NCBI GenBank assembly: GCA_016192455.1
Contig: JACPUC010000015.1
Span: forward strand, 1-64,000
Length of the DNA: 64,000 nucleotides
Source of the DNA: Candidatus Tectimicrobiota bacterium
Lineage (GTDB): Bacteria; JACPUC01
Reading direction: 5' to 3'
The notes under the pieces were generated by a model. That model ran no database searches. It saw nothing but the letters and a program-made list of their open reading frames with translations, and had not been told where the DNA came from. Both the position numbers and the translations under genes were made by a program. Positions 47,776 to 60,963 of this stretch are shown here, piece after piece; the first letter of the stretch is position 1, and each line of letters begins with the position of its first letter.

Positions 47776-49407
47776 GTGGCGACCGTGGCGAGCGGAATTC
47801 ATGAGGAGCACGCCTTGGCCAGCGAGTTTGCCACGCCGGTTGCCGCCCGCGATGTGGCGGCGGCCGTGGGGGCGCGGTGCCTCCGCGCGCTGCCGCAGCC
47901 AGGAGCGGCCGCCGCGGCAGGAGCGGCCGCCTGGCAGCTCGTGCCGCAGCCGGATGAAGCAGCCCTTGCTCAGGACGCTTTCCGCGGCGTCGCCGCCGAC
48001 ACGCGTGCCCTGCAGCCCGGCTACCTCTTCGCGGCGCTGCGGGGTGCGCGGCGCGACGGGCATGAGTTCCTGCTCCAGGCGCGGGAGGCCGGCGCGGCCG
48101 CGGCGCTCGTCGCCGAGAGCTGGGCGCGGCAGCTTGTGGCTCGCGGCGGCTCGCGCCGGTCCGACTCGCCGGCGGCGGCGCGGGGGTTGGCGCTGCTCGC
48201 CGTCCCTGATCCCCTGACCGCCCTGGGGAACCTCGCGGCCTGGCACCGCGCCCGCCATCCCGTGTGCCTCGTCGCCGTGACCGGCAGCAACGGCAAGACG
48301 ACCGCCAAGGAGATCATCGCCGGCGTCCTGGGGCGGCGTCTCGAGACGCTGCGCACGGCAGGGAACTTCAACAATCTCCTGGGCGTTCCCTTGATGGCGC
48401 TGCGTCTCTCCCGTAGACACGCGGCGGCGGTCCTGGAACTGGCGATGAATCATGCGGGGGAGATGGGCCGCCTGGCCGACATCGTGCGGCCGGACGTGGC
48501 GGTGTTCACGAATGTGGGGCCGGCGCACCTCGGACACCTCGGCAGCCTCGCGGCCATCGCCGAAGCGAAGGCCGAACTGCTCGGCGGGCTGCGGGAGGGG
48601 GGCGTCGTCATCATGAACGCCGATGACGAGCAGGTCTGCCGGGTAGTGGAGCGCTGGGCGGCGGGGAGCGCCGTCGCGCCCGCGAGCCGACGCGTCGTCG
48701 CCTACGGCGTCGCCAGGGGCGAGGTACGGGCGACCAGCATCGCGGAGCTGGGGCTTGGGGGGGTGCGGTTCACCCTGGAGCTTGCCGGGCGAACGGCTCC
48801 CGTGCACCTCCGCTGCCTGGGGCGACACACGGTGCACCACGCCCTCGCCGCGGCCGCCGTGGGTCGGGAGTTTGGGCTCGGACTGCCGGACATCGTCGCC
48901 GGGCTGGAGGCCTTCGAGGGGCTGCCGCAGCACCTCGAGCCGCTGCGTTTGGGAAACGGCGTGGTCCTCATCAATGACGCCTACAATGCGAACCCGGCCT
49001 CGATGACGGCGGCGCTGCGCTTCCTCGCCTCCTTGCCGCGCTCGGGCCGCGCCTGGCTGGTAGCGGGGGATATGCTCGAGCTCGGGGAGGCGGCGGAGGC
49101 GCTGCATGGCGAAATCGGCGCGCGCTGCGCCGAGGCGGCGCTGGAGTGTCTCATTGCCGTGGGGGACTTCGCGGCCGCGGTGGTGGCGGGTGCGCGGCGC
49201 GGCGGCATGCCAGCAAGCGCCTGCCATGCGGCCGCCACGCTGGACGAGGCGGCGACGGAGCTTGAAACGCGCCTCCAGGCTGGGGATGTCGTCCTCTGCA
49301 AGGCGTCCCGCGGCATGCGCCTGGAGCTCCTGTGCGAGCGCCTGGTGGAGTGGGCCGGCGGGCACGCTGCGCAGGTCTGCGAGCGGCGACCGGGGAGGAA
49401 GGCCTGA
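47776..49407 (+). CDS. murF: UDP-MurNAc-tripeptide--D-Ala-D-Ala ligase
   Basis: 'DGHEF', 'VTGSNGKTT', 'GNFNN..GVP', '[11 protein letters not shown]', 'GDMLELG', 'KASRG'. Confidence 0.95.
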   Translation: MATVASGIHEEHALASEFATPVAARDVAAAVGARCLRALPQPGAAAAAGAAAWQLVPQPDEAALAQDAFRGVAADTRALQPGYLFAALRGARRDGHEFLLQAREAGAAAALVAESWARQLVARGGSRRSDSPAAARGLALLAVPDPLTALGNLAAWHRARHPVCLVAVTGSNGKTTAKEIIAGVLGRRLETLRTAGNFNNLLGVPLMALRLSRRHAAAVLELAMNHAGEMGRLADIVRPDVAVFTNVGPAHLGHLGSLAAIAEAKAELLGGLREGGVVIMNADDEQVCRVVERWAAGSAVAPASRRVVAYGVARGEVRATSIAELGLGGVRFTLELAGRTAPVHLRCLGRHTVHHALAAAAVGREFGLGLPDIVAGLEAFEGLPQHLEPLRLGNGVVLINDAYNANPASMTAALRFLASLPRSGRAWLVAGDMLELGEAAEALHGEIGARCAEAALECLIAVGDFAAAVVAGARRGGMPASACHAAATLDEAATELETRLQAGDVVLCKASRGMRLELLCERLVEWAGGHAAQVCERRPGRKA

Positions 49408-50486
49408 TGCTTTACGAACTCCTCGTACCGCTCAAGGCGTACATCGGCGCCTTCAACGTTTTCCGCTACATCACCTTTCGCACCTCGTACGCGATCATCA
49501 CCGGCCTGCTCCTGAGCTTCCTGCTGGGACCCGTGCTCATCCGTCTCTTGAAGCGCTACCAGATCGGCGAGAGCATCCGCGGCGACGGGCCGCAGAACCA
49601 CTTGAGCAAAGCGGGGACGCCGACGATGGGGGGGCTGCTGATCATCGTCGCCATTGCGGTGCCCACCTTGCTCTGGGCGAACCTCCGCAACCCCTACATC
49701 TGGATCGGCCTCCTCAGCCTCTTCGGCTATGGGGCGATAGGGTTCTGGGATGACTACCTGAAGCTCCGCCGCAAGAAGGGGTTGTCTGCCAAGCCGAAGC
49801 TTTTGGCGCAGCTCCTCTTGGCGCTCCTCATCACGCTCCTCCTCGCCTGGATGGGCCGGGGCTGGTCCGAGGCAACCGTCTTGAGCCTGCCGTTCTTCAA
49901 GACCATCATGCCGACCTTGGGCTGGCTCTACCTCCCAGTCGCGCTGCTCGTCATCGTGGGGACCTCAAACGCGGTGAACCTCACCGACGGCCTGGACGGC
50001 CTGGCGATCGGCCCTCTCATCATCGCCTTCGCCACCTATATGGTCCTCGCCTACCTCGCGGGCCATGCCCGCTTCGCCGCCTACCTCGACCTCATCCACG
50101 TGCGCAACGCCGGGGAGCTGGCGGTCTTCTGCGGCGCCATCGTGGGCGGGGGCCTGGGCTTCCTCTGGTTCAACAGTTACCCAGCGCAGCTCTTCATGGG
50201 GAACGTCGGCTCCCTCGCCTTGGGCGGCACCCTGGGGAGCGTGGCCGTGCTCACGAAGCACGAGGTCCTCCTCGTCCTCGTGGGGGGCCTCTTCGTCATG
50301 GAGGCGGGCTCGGTGATCCTGCAGGTGGCCTCCTACAAGACGCGCCGCAAGCGCATCTTCAAGATGGCTCCCCTGCACCACCACTTCGAGGTGGCGGGCT
50401 GGCAGGAGCCGAAGGTCATCGTGCGGTTCTGGATCGTCTCGATCATTCTGGCGCTGCTCAGCTTGAGCACCCTGAAGCTGCGATGA
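49407..50486 (+). CDS. mraY: Phospho-MurNAc-pentapeptide transferase
   Basis: 'KAGTPTMGG', 'WDDY', '[11 protein letters not shown]', 'MAPLHHHFE'. Confidence 0.98.
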   Translation: MLYELLVPLKAYIGAFNVFRYITFRTSYAIITGLLLSFLLGPVLIRLLKRYQIGESIRGDGPQNHLSKAGTPTMGGLLIIVAIAVPTLLWANLRNPYIWIGLLSLFGYGAIGFWDDYLKLRRKKGLSAKPKLLAQLLLALLITLLLAWMGRGWSEATVLSLPFFKTIMPTLGWLYLPVALLVIVGTSNAVNLTDGLDGLAIGPLIIAFATYMVLAYLAGHARFAAYLDLIHVRNAGELAVFCGAIVGGGLGFLWFNSYPAQLFMGNVGSLALGGTLGSVAVLTKHEVLLVLVGGLFVMEAGSVILQVASYKTRRKRIFKMAPLHHHFEVAGWQEPKVIVRFWIVSIILALLSLSTLKLR

Positions 50487-51880
50487 GGGTGAGGATGGAC
50501 GGAGATCTCCAGGGCAAGCGAGTGACGGTCGTCGGCTGCGGGCGCTCCGGCGTGGCTGCGGCCCACCTGCTCGTTGCCCGCGGCGCGCAGGTGACGGTGA
50601 CCGATGAGCAGCCGGCGGCGGCCCTGCGCGCGCCGGAGGTCCGCTTGCCCGCGGCGGTCCGGCGGCGCTTCGGCGGCTTCCGGCAGGAGGATTTCCTCAC
50701 GGCGCAGCAGCTCATCGTCAGCCCGGGGGTGGCGTACGATCATCCCCTCCTTGCGCGGGCGCGCGCCGCCGGCGTCAGGACCAGGAGCGAACTCGAGCTC
50801 GCCTTCACGCAGATGCCGCCGCCTGGGCAACGCCGCCTGGTCGCCATCACCGGCACCAACGGCAAGACCACCGTGACGAGCTGGATCGGCACGCTCCTGG
50901 AAGCGGCTGGGATGGAGACGCGGGTCTGCGGCAACATCGGTCACGCCTTCAGCGCGGCCGTGTTGGAGCCGCCGGCGGAGCGCTACGTGGTCGAGGTGAG
51001 CAGCTTCCAGCTTGAGGGCATCGAGCGCTTCCGGCCCGCGATCGGCGTCCTCCTCAACATCACCCCCGACCACCTCGACCGGCACGGCAGCCTGGAGCGC
51101 TATCGGGACCTGAAACTGCGCCTGGCCGAGCAGCAACAGCCTGATGATGCGCTCATCGTCAACCTCGATGACCCGCAGCTCGCCGGAGCCGAGCCGCCGG
51201 GTCAGGCGCGGCGCTACGCCACCAGTCGCCGCGCGCCGGTCGAGCAGGGCGCCTTTGTGCGCCACGGTCTCATCGTCCTGCGCCTGCGGGGCGAGGAGCG
51301 CGTGCTCGGCCCGCGCAGCCTCCTGAGGCTGACCGCGGTGCACGACGAGGAGAACCTCCTGGCGGCCCTCCTGGCGGCGGCTCTGGCGGGAGCGCCGCTG
51401 GACGCCCTCGCCGCCGCCGTGCCGAACCTGACGCGGCGGCCGCACCGGCTCGAGCTGCTGGGAGAGATCGAAGGGGCGCCCGTCTTCAACGACTCGAAGG
51501 CGACGAACATCGGCGCCGTGCAGAAGGCGCTCGAGAACTTCGCCCCGGGGGTCATTCTCCTCCTCGGCGGGCAGAACAAGGGACTCGACTTCTCGCCGCT
51601 CGCGGACGCGGTAGCCGAGAAGGTGGCGCTGCTGGTCCTCTTCGGCGGGGCGCGCCGCGTCCTCGCCACGGCGCTGCGCGGCACGACGGCGATGGTGGAG
51701 GCAGCCACCTTGGCCGAGGCGGTCGAGGTGAGCCTGGCCCATGCCGCGCCGGGACGGGTCATCCTCCTGTCGCCGGGGTGCACGAGTTTCGACGAGTTTG
51801 CGAACTACGAGGAGCGTGGCGAACGCTTCAAGACGCTGGTGCGCGAGGCCATGGCACGCACTCCAGAGGCATCATCGTGA
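50483..51880 (+). CDS. murD: UDP-MurNAc-L-Ala--D-Glu ligase
   Basis: 'ITGTNGKTT', 'EVSSFQLE', '[10 protein letters not shown]', 'NDSKATN', 'SPGCTSFD'. Confidence 0.97.
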   Translation: MRVRMDGDLQGKRVTVVGCGRSGVAAAHLLVARGAQVTVTDEQPAAALRAPEVRLPAAVRRRFGGFRQEDFLTAQQLIVSPGVAYDHPLLARARAAGVRTRSELELAFTQMPPPGQRRLVAITGTNGKTTVTSWIGTLLEAAGMETRVCGNIGHAFSAAVLEPPAERYVVEVSSFQLEGIERFRPAIGVLLNITPDHLDRHGSLERYRDLKLRLAEQQQPDDALIVNLDDPQLAGAEPPGQARRYATSRRAPVEQGAFVRHGLIVLRLRGEERVLGPRSLLRLTAVHDEENLLAALLAAALAGAPLDALAAAVPNLTRRPHRLELLGEIEGAPVFNDSKATNIGAVQKALENFAPGVILLLGGQNKGLDFSPLADAVAEKVALLVLFGGARRVLATALRGTTAMVEAATLAEAVEVSLAHAAPGRVILLSPGCTSFDEFANYEERGERFKTLVREAMARTPEASS

Positions 51881-52974
51881 ACCAGGTCACCCGCCAGCTC
51901 GATCCGGTGCTCCTGGCGGCGGCCGCCCTCCTGACCATCGGGGGCGTCATCATGGTGTTCAGCTCGAGCGCTTTGCTGGCCGAGCGGCGCTTCGGAGACC
52001 CGTACTTCTTCATGAAGCGGCAGCTCTTCTTCGTGGCGCTGGGGGTGGTCGGCATGCTCGTGCTGTCGCGGCTCGACACGCACCGCCTGGAGCGGCTGGC
52101 CTTGCCCCTCCTGGTGGTGAGCCTCCTTGTCTTGATCCTGGTGCTCATCCCCGGCATCGGGCATCGGGTGGGGGGCGCTCGTCGCTGGCTGTCGCTGGGG
52201 TGGTGGCGGGTGCAACCGGCGGAGCTTGCCAAGCTCGCCCTGGTGATCTACTTCGCCCGCAACCTCTGCCGGCACCAGGAGAAGCTGCAGGACCTCGTGA
52301 ACGGCTTCCTGCCGAACGCCCTGGTGCTGGCGCTGGCGAGCGGCCTCATCGCGCTGCAGCCGGACGTCGGCAATGCGCTGCTCGTCTGCCTCCTCGCGGC
52401 GGTGCTGTTCGTTGCCGCCGGCATGCGCCTGCGCCACCTGGGAGCGACGCTCCTCCTCGGCTTGCCGCTCCTGGCGGTGCTCGTGGCCTCGGCGGACTAC
52501 CGACTGCGGCGCCTCCTGGCGTTCCTCGACCCCTGGGCCGACCCCACCGGCAGCGGCTTCCAGATCGTCCAGTCGTACCTGGCGCTGGGAAGCGGCGGCG
52601 TGTTCGGCCAGGGGTTGGGCGCCGGCCAGCAAAAGCTCTTCTTCCTGCCGGAGGCGCATACCGATTTCATCTTCGCCATCATCGGCGAGGAGCTCGGCTT
52701 TGTCGGCACGGCCGTGATCGTTCTCCTCTTCGGCGTGCTGCTGTGGCGCGGAGCGATGATCGCGCTGCGCTGCCAGGAACCGTTCCCGCGCTTCCTCGCC
52801 TTCGGCCTGACGACGCTGCTGTCGCTGCAGGCGCTCTCCAACATGGCGGTCGTCGTGGGGCTGCTGCCGACGAAGGGGCTTCCCCTGCCGTTCGTGAGCT
52901 TGGGTGGTTCCTCCCTCTTCATGGCGCTGGCAGCCACCGGACTCTTGATGGGAGTGGCCCGGAGAGGACAATGA
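51877..52974 (+). CDS. ftsW: SEDS peptidoglycan polymerase FtsW
   Basis: 'GARRW', 'QPAELAK', 'QPD', 'LPEAHTDFIF..IGEELG', 'PTKGLPLPFVS.GGSS'. Confidence 0.97.
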   Translation: MNQVTRQLDPVLLAAAALLTIGGVIMVFSSSALLAERRFGDPYFFMKRQLFFVALGVVGMLVLSRLDTHRLERLALPLLVVSLLVLILVLIPGIGHRVGGARRWLSLGWWRVQPAELAKLALVIYFARNLCRHQEKLQDLVNGFLPNALVLALASGLIALQPDVGNALLVCLLAAVLFVAAGMRLRHLGATLLLGLPLLAVLVASADYRLRRLLAFLDPWADPTGSGFQIVQSYLALGSGGVFGQGLGAGQQKLFFLPEAHTDFIFAIIGEELGFVGTAVIVLLFGVLLWRGAMIALRCQEPFPRFLAFGLTTLLSLQALSNMAVVVGLLPTKGLPLPFVSLGGSSLFMALAATGLLMGVARRGQ

Positions 52975-54164
52975 ACCGTGCCGCGGCGGAGAATGTGACT
53001 CGCCAAGGCGTCGCGCCGGCAGCGCACCGGAGCGGCGGGGCCACGGGCGCGCGCCTGGTCATCACGGGCGGCGGCACGGGGGGGCACGTCTATCCCGCCC
53101 TGGCTCTGGCCGAGGAAGCGCGGCGGCGCGGCCTCGAGGTGCTCTACGTGGGGACGCGCAGGGGCCTCGAGGCGAAACTCGTCCCTGCCCTGGCGGCGGA
53201 GCTGGGGTTCCGTTTCCAGACGGTGGCGGCGGCAGGGTTCATGGGGAGGCCGGTCTGGCGCCAACTCCTTGGCCTCGGCGAGCTTGCCTGGGGGGTGTTC
53301 CAGGCGCTTTGGGTGCTGCGACGGGAGCGCGCCAGCCTCGTCATCGGCATGGGGGGCTACGTCGCGGCGCCCGTCCTCCTGGCAGCCTGGCTGAGTAAGA
53401 TTCCAAGCCTCCTCTGCGAGCAGAACGTGCGGCCGGGGATGGCGAACGCCCTCCTGGGGAGGGTGGCGCGCGCCTGGGCCGTGGCCTTCCCGGAGACCGC
53501 CGCCCGGCTTCCCGGTCGGCGCGCGGTGGTCACCGGCAACCCGGTGCGCCGCAGCATCTGCGAGGCCGGTCTGGCGCGCCGCCGGCGCGGCAGCCCGCCG
53601 CGGCCCCCGGCCCTCCTCGTCTTCGGCGGCAGCCAGGGGGCGCGCAGCATCAACCGGGCGATGGTCGAGGCTCTGCCGCTGCTGCGGGCGCGCGCCGATG
53701 GCGTGCGCATCACGCACCAGACCGGACCGCGCGACCAGGACTGGGTGGCCGAGGCCTATGGCCGGGCGGGTGTTGCGGCGCAGGTGGTGACGTACATCGA
53801 CGACATGGCGTCGGCCTGCCTGGCGTCCTCCCTCGTCGTCTGCCGCGCCGGCGCGACGAGCGTGGCGGAGCTCACGGTCATGGGCCTGCCGGCTATCCTC
53901 GTGCCCTACCCCCATGCGGCCCACGGGCACCAGGAGGAGAACGCCCGCGGCCTCGTGGCCCACGGTGCGGCGCTCATGATCCGCGATGCCGAGCTGAGCG
54001 GGGCCCGGCTCGCCGCCGCCATCGACGAACTTCTCGACGACCCGCCGCGGCGCTGCCGGATGAGCGCCTGCAGCCGCGCCCTGGGGAAGCCGGACGCGGC
54101 GGCGAGCATCCTCGAACTCTGCGCAGATCTCCTGGGTCTGCCTCCAGCTCCACGGGAGGGGTGA
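52971..54164 (+). CDS. murG: Lipid I GlcNAc transferase
   Basis: '[10 protein letters not shown]', 'GGYV', 'EQN', 'GNPVR', 'GGSQGA', 'RAGA', 'HQEENA'. Confidence 0.97.
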   Translation: MNRAAAENVTRQGVAPAAHRSGGATGARLVITGGGTGGHVYPALALAEEARRRGLEVLYVGTRRGLEAKLVPALAAELGFRFQTVAAAGFMGRPVWRQLLGLGELAWGVFQALWVLRRERASLVIGMGGYVAAPVLLAAWLSKIPSLLCEQNVRPGMANALLGRVARAWAVAFPETAARLPGRRAVVTGNPVRRSICEAGLARRRRGSPPRPPALLVFGGSQGARSINRAMVEALPLLRARADGVRITHQTGPRDQDWVAEAYGRAGVAAQVVTYIDDMASACLASSLVVCRAGATSVAELTVMGLPAILVPYPHAAHGHQEENARGLVAHGAALMIRDAELSGARLAAAIDELLDDPPRRCRMSACSRALGKPDAAASILELCADLLGLPPAPREG

Positions 54165-55576
54165 TGTTCCACAAGGTGCGCAAGGTGCACTTCGTCGGCA
54201 TCGGCGGCATCGGCATGAGCGGCATCGCCGAGGTGCTCCTGACGCTGGGGTTCCGCGTGAGCGGCTCCGACCTCCAGGAGAGCCCCAGCCTACGCCGCCT
54301 GGAGCGGCTCGGGGCCCGCTGCCGCGTCGGCCACCAGGCGGAGAACCTGGGCGACTGCGAAGTGGTCGTCTACTCCTCCGCGGTGCCCCTGGACAACCCC
54401 GAGCTTGCGGCGGCGCGCCAGCTCCACCTGCCGGTGATCCGCCGCGCCGAGATGCTGGCCGAGCTGATGCGCCTGAAGTACAGCGTGGCGGTGGCGGGAA
54501 CGCACGGCAAGACCACCACGACCTCGCTCATCAGCACCGTGCTGGCGCATGCCGGTCTCGACCCGACGGCGATTATCGGCGGCCGCCTGAACAGCCTGCA
54601 GACGAACTCGAAGCTGGGCGAGGGGGAGTACCTCGTGGCCGAGGCGGACGAGAGCGACGGCTCCTTCCTGAAGCTCTTCCCCACCTGCGCCGTGGTGACG
54701 AACATCGACGCCGATCACCTCGACTACTACCGCGATCTCGAGCAGATCAAGCAGGCGTTCCTCGAGTTCATCAACAAGGTCCCCTTCTACGGCTTCGCCG
54801 TGCTCTGCTTCGATCACAAGGTGATCCAGAGCCTCCTTCCCCAGGTGGAGCGCCGCTGCATCACCTATGGCCTCAACCCGCAGGCCGACTACTCCGCCCA
54901 CGACCTCCTCTTCAGCGGGGCGCGGAGCCGCTTCGTGGCCTATCGGGGCGCCGCGAAGCTCGGCGAGGTGGAAGTTGCCCTGCCGGGCGCCCACAACGTC
55001 TGCAATGCCCTCGCCACCCTGGCCGTGGCCCTCGAACTGGACGTGCCGTTCGCGGTGGTGCAGCAGGCCCTGCGGGACTTCGGCGGCATCCAGCGACGCT
55101 TCGAGATCAAAGGCGTGCGGCGCGACATCATGGTGGTGGACGACTACGGCCATCATCCCAGGGAGATCGAAGCCACGCTCACGGCGGCGAAGGGCGGCTG
55201 GGAGCAGAAGCGGCTCGTCGTCGCCTTCCAGCCGCACCGCTACAGCCGCACCCAGGCCCTCTTCGCGGAGTTCTGCACGGCGTTCTACCAGGCGGACGTG
55301 CTCCTCCTGACCGACATCTACTCCGCCGGCGAGGCGCCCATCGCCGGGGTGAGCGGCGCCCGCCTGGCGGAGGGGCTGCGTGAGCATGGTCACCGCAATG
55401 TGACGTACCTGGCGAGTCGCGAGGAGGTCCTGGCGACGTTACAAGAGATTGTCCGACCCGGCGACCTCGTCCTCACCCTCGGAGCCGGCAACATTTACAG
55501 CGTGGGGAATGAGCTCATCGCCTGGTTAGAGAATGACGAGGCGGCGGGGGCGGGGGAGCGCCCCCCCTGGCGCTGA
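54164..55576 (+). CDS. murC: UDP-MurNAc--L-alanine ligase
   Basis: 'GIGGIGMSG', 'GTHGKTTT', 'EADESDGSF', 'DDYGHHP', 'FQPHRYSRT'. Confidence 0.98.
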   Translation: MFHKVRKVHFVGIGGIGMSGIAEVLLTLGFRVSGSDLQESPSLRRLERLGARCRVGHQAENLGDCEVVVYSSAVPLDNPELAAARQLHLPVIRRAEMLAELMRLKYSVAVAGTHGKTTTTSLISTVLAHAGLDPTAIIGGRLNSLQTNSKLGEGEYLVAEADESDGSFLKLFPTCAVVTNIDADHLDYYRDLEQIKQAFLEFINKVPFYGFAVLCFDHKVIQSLLPQVERRCITYGLNPQADYSAHDLLFSGARSRFVAYRGAAKLGEVEVALPGAHNVCNALATLAVALELDVPFAVVQQALRDFGGIQRRFEIKGVRRDIMVVDDYGHHPREIEATLTAAKGGWEQKRLVVAFQPHRYSRTQALFAEFCTAFYQADVLLLTDIYSAGEAPIAGVSGARLAEGLREHGHRNVTYLASREEVLATLQEIVRPGDLVLTLGAGNIYSVGNELIAWLENDEAAGAGERPPWR

Positions 55577-55634
55577 GGAGAACTCCGTGTCGTGCAGCCT
55601 GAGGAGGGCGAGGGAGCCCTCGAGGAGCACCCTG

Positions 55635-56618
55635 ATGGGTGGGCCAGACGAACTCGCGCAGCTCTTCCGGGGCCTTGCCGGGCGCAGGGAGAGCGAGGCG
55701 CCGCTCGCCCCGCACAGCTCGTTCGGCATCGGCGGCCCGGCCGACCTCCTGCTCTTGCCGCCAAACGTGGCGGCGCTGCGGGAGGCGGCGGCGCTGGCGC
55801 GGGAGCATGGGGTGGCGCTGGTGGTCCTCGGCGCGGGGACGAATGTCCTCGTCTCCGATGCGGGGGTGCGCGGCGTGGTGCTGAGCTTGAAAGACGGGTT
55901 CCAGGAGCTGGGCATCCAGGCGGGCAACGGGGGGGGCGGCCGCCATGCGGAGGGCGGAGCCGAGGTGGTCGTGCGGGCCGAGGCCGGGGTGAAGCAGGCA
56001 CGACTGGCCCGCTTTGCCCAGCAGCATGGATTGGCTGGGGCGGAGTTCATGATCGGCATTCCGGGGACGGTTGGCGGGGCGGTACGCATGAACGCCGGCA
56101 CGCGCGCCGCCTGCACCGCCGACATTCTCCTCGATGCCGAGGTGCTGCTGCCCGATGGTCGCCTCGCCACCCTGAGCCGGGAAGAGATCGACCTCTCGTA
56201 CCGCGCTTCGGCGCTTCCCGCGGAGGCGATCGTCGTGGCGGCGCGCTTCCGGCTCGTGCGGGACGACCCGACGCGCATCGCGGAGCGCATGGCGGCGGAC
56301 AGCGCTAGGCGCAAGGCCACCCAGCCCCTGGCGTGCCGCAGTGCCGGTTCCTTCTTCAAGAATCCGCCCGGCACGAGCGCCGGTTGGTTGATCGATGCGG
56401 CGGGCCTGAAGGAGTCGGCGGTGGGGGATGCCCGCGTCTCCCGCAGGCATGCCAACTTCCTCATCAACGTTGGCCAGGCGCGGGCCCGCGACGTGGTGGC
56501 CCTCATGCGGCAGGTGCAGCACAGCGTCGCGTGCCGCTGGGACGTCTGGCTCACCCCCGAGGTGACGATGGTGGGGGACGAGCACGCGGCGCACGAACCA
56601 GAGGAGGAGGCAGGTTGA
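55635..56618 (+). CDS. murB: UDP-N-acetylenolpyruvoylglucosamine reductase
   Basis: 'GIGGPA', 'GAGTNVL', 'GIPGTVGGAVRMNAG', 'SAGSFFKNP', 'HANF'. Confidence 0.96.
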   Translation: MGGPDELAQLFRGLAGRRESEAPLAPHSSFGIGGPADLLLLPPNVAALREAAALAREHGVALVVLGAGTNVLVSDAGVRGVVLSLKDGFQELGIQAGNGGGGRHAEGGAEVVVRAEAGVKQARLARFAQQHGLAGAEFMIGIPGTVGGAVRMNAGTRAACTADILLDAEVLLPDGRLATLSREEIDLSYRASALPAEAIVVAARFRLVRDDPTRIAERMAADSARRKATQPLACRSAGSFFKNPPGTSAGWLIDAAGLKESAVGDARVSRRHANFLINVGQARARDVVALMRQVQHSVACRWDVWLTPEVTMVGDEHAAHEPEEEAG

Positions 56619-57412
56619 ACGCACCCGAGGCGCCCATGCCGTTTCGACCCAAGGTGCTCTCCAGCCGCCACAGTGTGGAGCGGGGACGACGCCTGGCGCG
56701 CACCGTGTACCGCGGAGCGATGTTCAGCGCCGTGGCCGTCCTCGGCGTGCTCGGCTACCAGGCGGCCGTCTCCTCCTCGCTCCTGACGGTGACCGAGGTG
56801 ATCCTCGAGGAGGTGCAGCGGGCGCCGTCGGAAGAGCTGCTGCGGCTGGTCCAGGTGCCGCGCACCGCGAACATCCTGCGCGTCGATACGCAAGGCATTG
56901 CCGACCGCGTGGCCAGCCACGCGTGGGTGGAGGATGCCTCGGTGATACGCCGCTTCCCCCACGCCCTGATCGTGCGGGTGAAGGAGCGGGTGCCGATCGC
57001 CGTCCTGCAGGGGAACCAGGCGGTGCTCCTGGATCGCTACGGCGTCATTTTGGGACCGGCCGATGCCGGCGCCCGGCGCGATTTCGTGGCGCTCAGCGGC
57101 GGCAGGGAGGGGGTGCTGCGCCCCGGGGCGGTTGTCGGCCAGCCGCTGCGTACGGCGCTCGAGGTGCTGCAAACCCTGCGGCGGGAGCACGCCTTTGCAG
57201 GAATGCGGATCAGTCGACTGCACGTCGTGGACGAGGGGTCCCTCGAAGTGCATCTCCAACCCAATAGCCTCATCGTGGTGCTGCGGGGCGAAGACCTCGC
57301 GTCGCAGCTCGCCCGCTTCGATGCAGTGGCGGCATCCTTTGGACCAGCGCTCCCATCGCGGCTCAGGATCGACGTCTCCTTTGTCGGCCAGGCGGTGGTG
57401 CGCTCGCTCTGA
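56615..57412 (+). CDS. ftsQ: Cell division protein FtsQ/DivIB
   Basis: TM, POTRA ('WVEDASVIRRFPHAL.V.VKERVP'). TTG start after GAGGAGGAGG, overlapping the murB stop. Confidence 0.85.
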   Translation: MNAPEAPMPFRPKVLSSRHSVERGRRLARTVYRGAMFSAVAVLGVLGYQAAVSSSLLTVTEVILEEVQRAPSEELLRLVQVPRTANILRVDTQGIADRVASHAWVEDASVIRRFPHALIVRVKERVPIAVLQGNQAVLLDRYGVILGPADAGARRDFVALSGGREGVLRPGAVVGQPLRTALEVLQTLRREHAFAGMRISRLHVVDEGSLEVHLQPNSLIVVLRGEDLASQLARFDAVAASFGPALPSRLRIDVSFVGQAVVRSL

Positions 57413-57429
57413 TGCAGGTGGGAGGGTTC

Positions 57430-58662
57430 ATGGCACGGAACGGCACCATCTACGCGGGGCTCGACATCGGCACGACGAAAGTCTGCTGCGTCATTGCCCA
57501 GGTTGACCACGATGGTCAAGTCGAGATCGTTGGCATCGGCACCCACCCCTCGAAGGGGATGCGCAAGGGAGTGGTGGTCAACATCGAGGGCACCCTCGAG
57601 TCGATCCAGGCGGCGGTGCAGGAGGCCGAGCTGATGGCCGGCAGCACGGTCACCTCGGTCTACGTGGGGATGTCGGGGAGCCACATCCAGGGCTTCAACA
57701 GCCACGGCATCATCGCCATCAAGCACCACGAGGTCACCGAGGTCGATGTGGCGCGGGTCATCGATGCCGCCAAGGCGGTCGCCATGCCGCTGGATCGCGA
57801 GATCATCCATGTGCTGCCGCAGGAGTTCATCATCGACGACCAGGACGGCATCAAGGACCCCCTCGGCATGGCCGGGGTGCGACTCGAGGCCAAGGTGCAC
57901 ATCGTCTCCGGCGCCATCACGGCGGTGCAGAACATGCTGCGCGCCGTGCGCCGGGCCAACCTCGAGGTGACCGACATCGCCTTGGAGCAACTGGCCTCGA
58001 GCGAGGCCGTGCTGACGCCCGACGAGAAGGAGCTCGGCGTCTGCATGCTCGACATCGGCGGCGGCACCACTGACATCGCCATCTTCTGCGAGGATGCCAT
58101 CAAGCACACCGCCGTGGTGGGGCTGGGCGGCTACAACGTGACCAATGACATCGCCATCGGCCTGCGCACCCCGATGATCGAGGCGGAGAAGATCAAGCGC
58201 AAGTACGGCTGCGCCTTCTCGGAGGGGGTGACGGAAGACGAGACGATCGAGGTGCCCAGCGTGGGAGGCCGGGCGCCGCGCGTCCTCTCCCGCAAGATTC
58301 TCTCGGAGATCATCGAGCCCCGCGTCGAGGAGCTCTGCGGCATCGTCAACAAGGAGATCATCAAGAGCGGCTTCTGGGAGTTCATCCCCTCCGGCGTCGT
58401 CCTCACGGGAGGGGCCAGCATCATGGAGGGGATGGTGGAGATCGCCGAGCGCGTCTTTGATCTGCCGGTGCGCCGGGGCGTGCCGATTGGGGTGGGCGGG
58501 CTTGTCGATGTGGTGAGCAGCCCCATCTACTCCACCGCCGTCGGCCTCATTCTCTTCGGCCTGCGCGGCAAGGATCAGGGGCGCTTCTATCGGGCCGCGC
58601 AGCGTTCGCTCTCGAAGAGGGTGACGCAGCAGCTCGCGGCGTGGTTCGGCAACTTGCATTGA
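57430..58662 (+). CDS. ftsA: Cell division protein FtsA
   Basis: 'GLDIGTTKV', 'DIGGGTTD', 'VVLTGG', C-terminal amphipathic helix. Confidence 0.98.
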   Translation: MARNGTIYAGLDIGTTKVCCVIAQVDHDGQVEIVGIGTHPSKGMRKGVVVNIEGTLESIQAAVQEAELMAGSTVTSVYVGMSGSHIQGFNSHGIIAIKHHEVTEVDVARVIDAAKAVAMPLDREIIHVLPQEFIIDDQDGIKDPLGMAGVRLEAKVHIVSGAITAVQNMLRAVRRANLEVTDIALEQLASSEAVLTPDEKELGVCMLDIGGGTTDIAIFCEDAIKHTAVVGLGGYNVTNDIAIGLRTPMIEAEKIKRKYGCAFSEGVTEDETIEVPSVGGRAPRVLSRKILSEIIEPRVEELCGIVNKEIIKSGFWEFIPSGVVLTGGASIMEGMVEIAERVFDLPVRRGVPIGVGGLVDVVSSPIYSTAVGLILFGLRGKDQGRFYRAAQRSLSKRVTQQLAAWFGNLH

Positions 58663-58840
58663 GCGTCACGCCGGCAACGGAGGCCATGGCGGGCGGGGTG
58701 ACGTCCAGACGCCTCCAGGGAGGAACGGCGCGGCTGCGGGGGAAGTCCTCGCCGCGGCGACGCGAAGGAGAGCGAGTCGCCGCCGCGCGAGTCTGAGAAG
58801 GGGTCTGGGCGACCAGCGCCGGGAAAGGGGGAGATGGGGT

Positions 58841-59995
<1,155 letters not shown>

Positions 59996-60022
59996 CAGCA
60001 ACGAGGAGAAGCGGAGAGCGCA

Positions 60023-60051
60023 TTGAATTCAGCCAGGGAAGGGAACATAAT
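60023..60051 (+). promoter_or_regulatory. Putative sigma70 promoter for yggS-proC-yggT-divIVA
   Basis: TTGAAT (60023-28), 17-nt spacer, CATAAT (60046-51). Confidence 0.55.
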
Positions 60052-60144
60052 AGCCACAGCCAGGTGTCATACGAGCGGCATTGCTGAAGGCGCAACCAGG
60101 CGGAGGCATTCCCGCATGCGTGCGATGAGCAAGGAGGAGACGGC

Positions 60145-60927
60145 ATGCGCGCCCAGCCGGCGGCTCGGGAGACCTCCATTGCCGAGCGCTGGCGGTGGGT
60201 GACGGAGCGCGTGGCGGCTGCGGCGGCGCGGGTTGGCCGGCGAGCCGAGGAGGTGCGCATCATCGCGGTCACCAAGACGGTGGCCGCGCCGCGGGTCGTC
60301 GAAGCCGTCGCCGCGGGGGCGCGGGAGTTCGGAGAGAACCGGGTGCAGGAGGCGCGCGCCAAGGTGGCGGAGGCGCGCACGCTCCTTCGCCAAGGGGCGG
60401 GCGACGGCGAGGAGGCGTGGCAGGCTCCTCCCCCGGGAGCGGTGACGCCGCGGTGGCACCTCATCGGGCATCTGCAGAAGAACAAGGTGAAGCACATCTT
60501 CGACCTCTTCTGCATGGTGCACTCGGTGGACAGCCTGGAGCTGGCGGAGGAGATCGAGCGGCGGGGTGTCGGTGCGGGTCGGGTGATGCCGATCCTCCTC
60601 GAGGTGAACATCGCGGCCCAGGCGCAGAAGTTTGGGTTGCCGGATGATGAGGTGGCGGGGGTGGCGGAGCGCGTGGGCAAGCTTGCCCACGTGCGGCTGC
60701 AGGGTCTGATGGCGATCCCCCCCCTCTCGGAGGACGCGGAGACCTCCCGCCCGTATTACGCCCAGGTGCGTCGCCTGGCGCGCGAGATAGCGGCGCTCCG
60801 TCTTCCCGGCGTCGGCATGGATGAGCTCTCCATGGGGATGACGAACGATTTCGAGGTCGCGGTGGAAGAGGGCGCGACCATGGTGCGGATTGGCACCGCC
60901 ATCTTCGGCCCCCGGCCCCTTTCCTAA
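60145..60927 (+). CDS. yggS: PLP homeostasis protein YggS
   Basis: 'AVTK', 'FGENRVQE', '[11 protein letters not shown]', 'LSMGM.ND', 'VRIGTAIFG'. Confidence 0.96.
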   Translation: MRAQPAARETSIAERWRWVTERVAAAAARVGRRAEEVRIIAVTKTVAAPRVVEAVAAGAREFGENRVQEARAKVAEARTLLRQGAGDGEEAWQAPPPGAVTPRWHLIGHLQKNKVKHIFDLFCMVHSVDSLELAEEIERRGVGAGRVMPILLEVNIAAQAQKFGLPDDEVAGVAERVGKLAHVRLQGLMAIPPLSEDAETSRPYYAQVRRLAREIAALRLPGVGMDELSMGMTNDFEVAVEEGATMVRIGTAIFGPRPLS

Positions 60928-60963
60928 CCGCGGAGTTGGCGCGGGGCCTGAACACGGATACGA

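Noticed and set aside
46144-49365. 1073-aa minus-strand ORF, and similar long antisense ORFs (1429-2892, 6257-8302, 15231-16880, 20303-22498, 44065-45879, 57037-58659, 60067-61836)
   Set aside because: They mirror well-supported genes on the opposite strand and have no recognisable motifs; stop-poor shadow frames are expected at ~70% GC.
51741-52970. Apparent 410-aa N-terminal extension of MurG (likewise extensions on the ADH at 18605, kinase at 21687, RsmH at 42398, FtsQ at 56333)
   Set aside because: They overlap upstream genes in another frame and are Arg/Pro/Gly-rich nonsense; better starts exist downstream.
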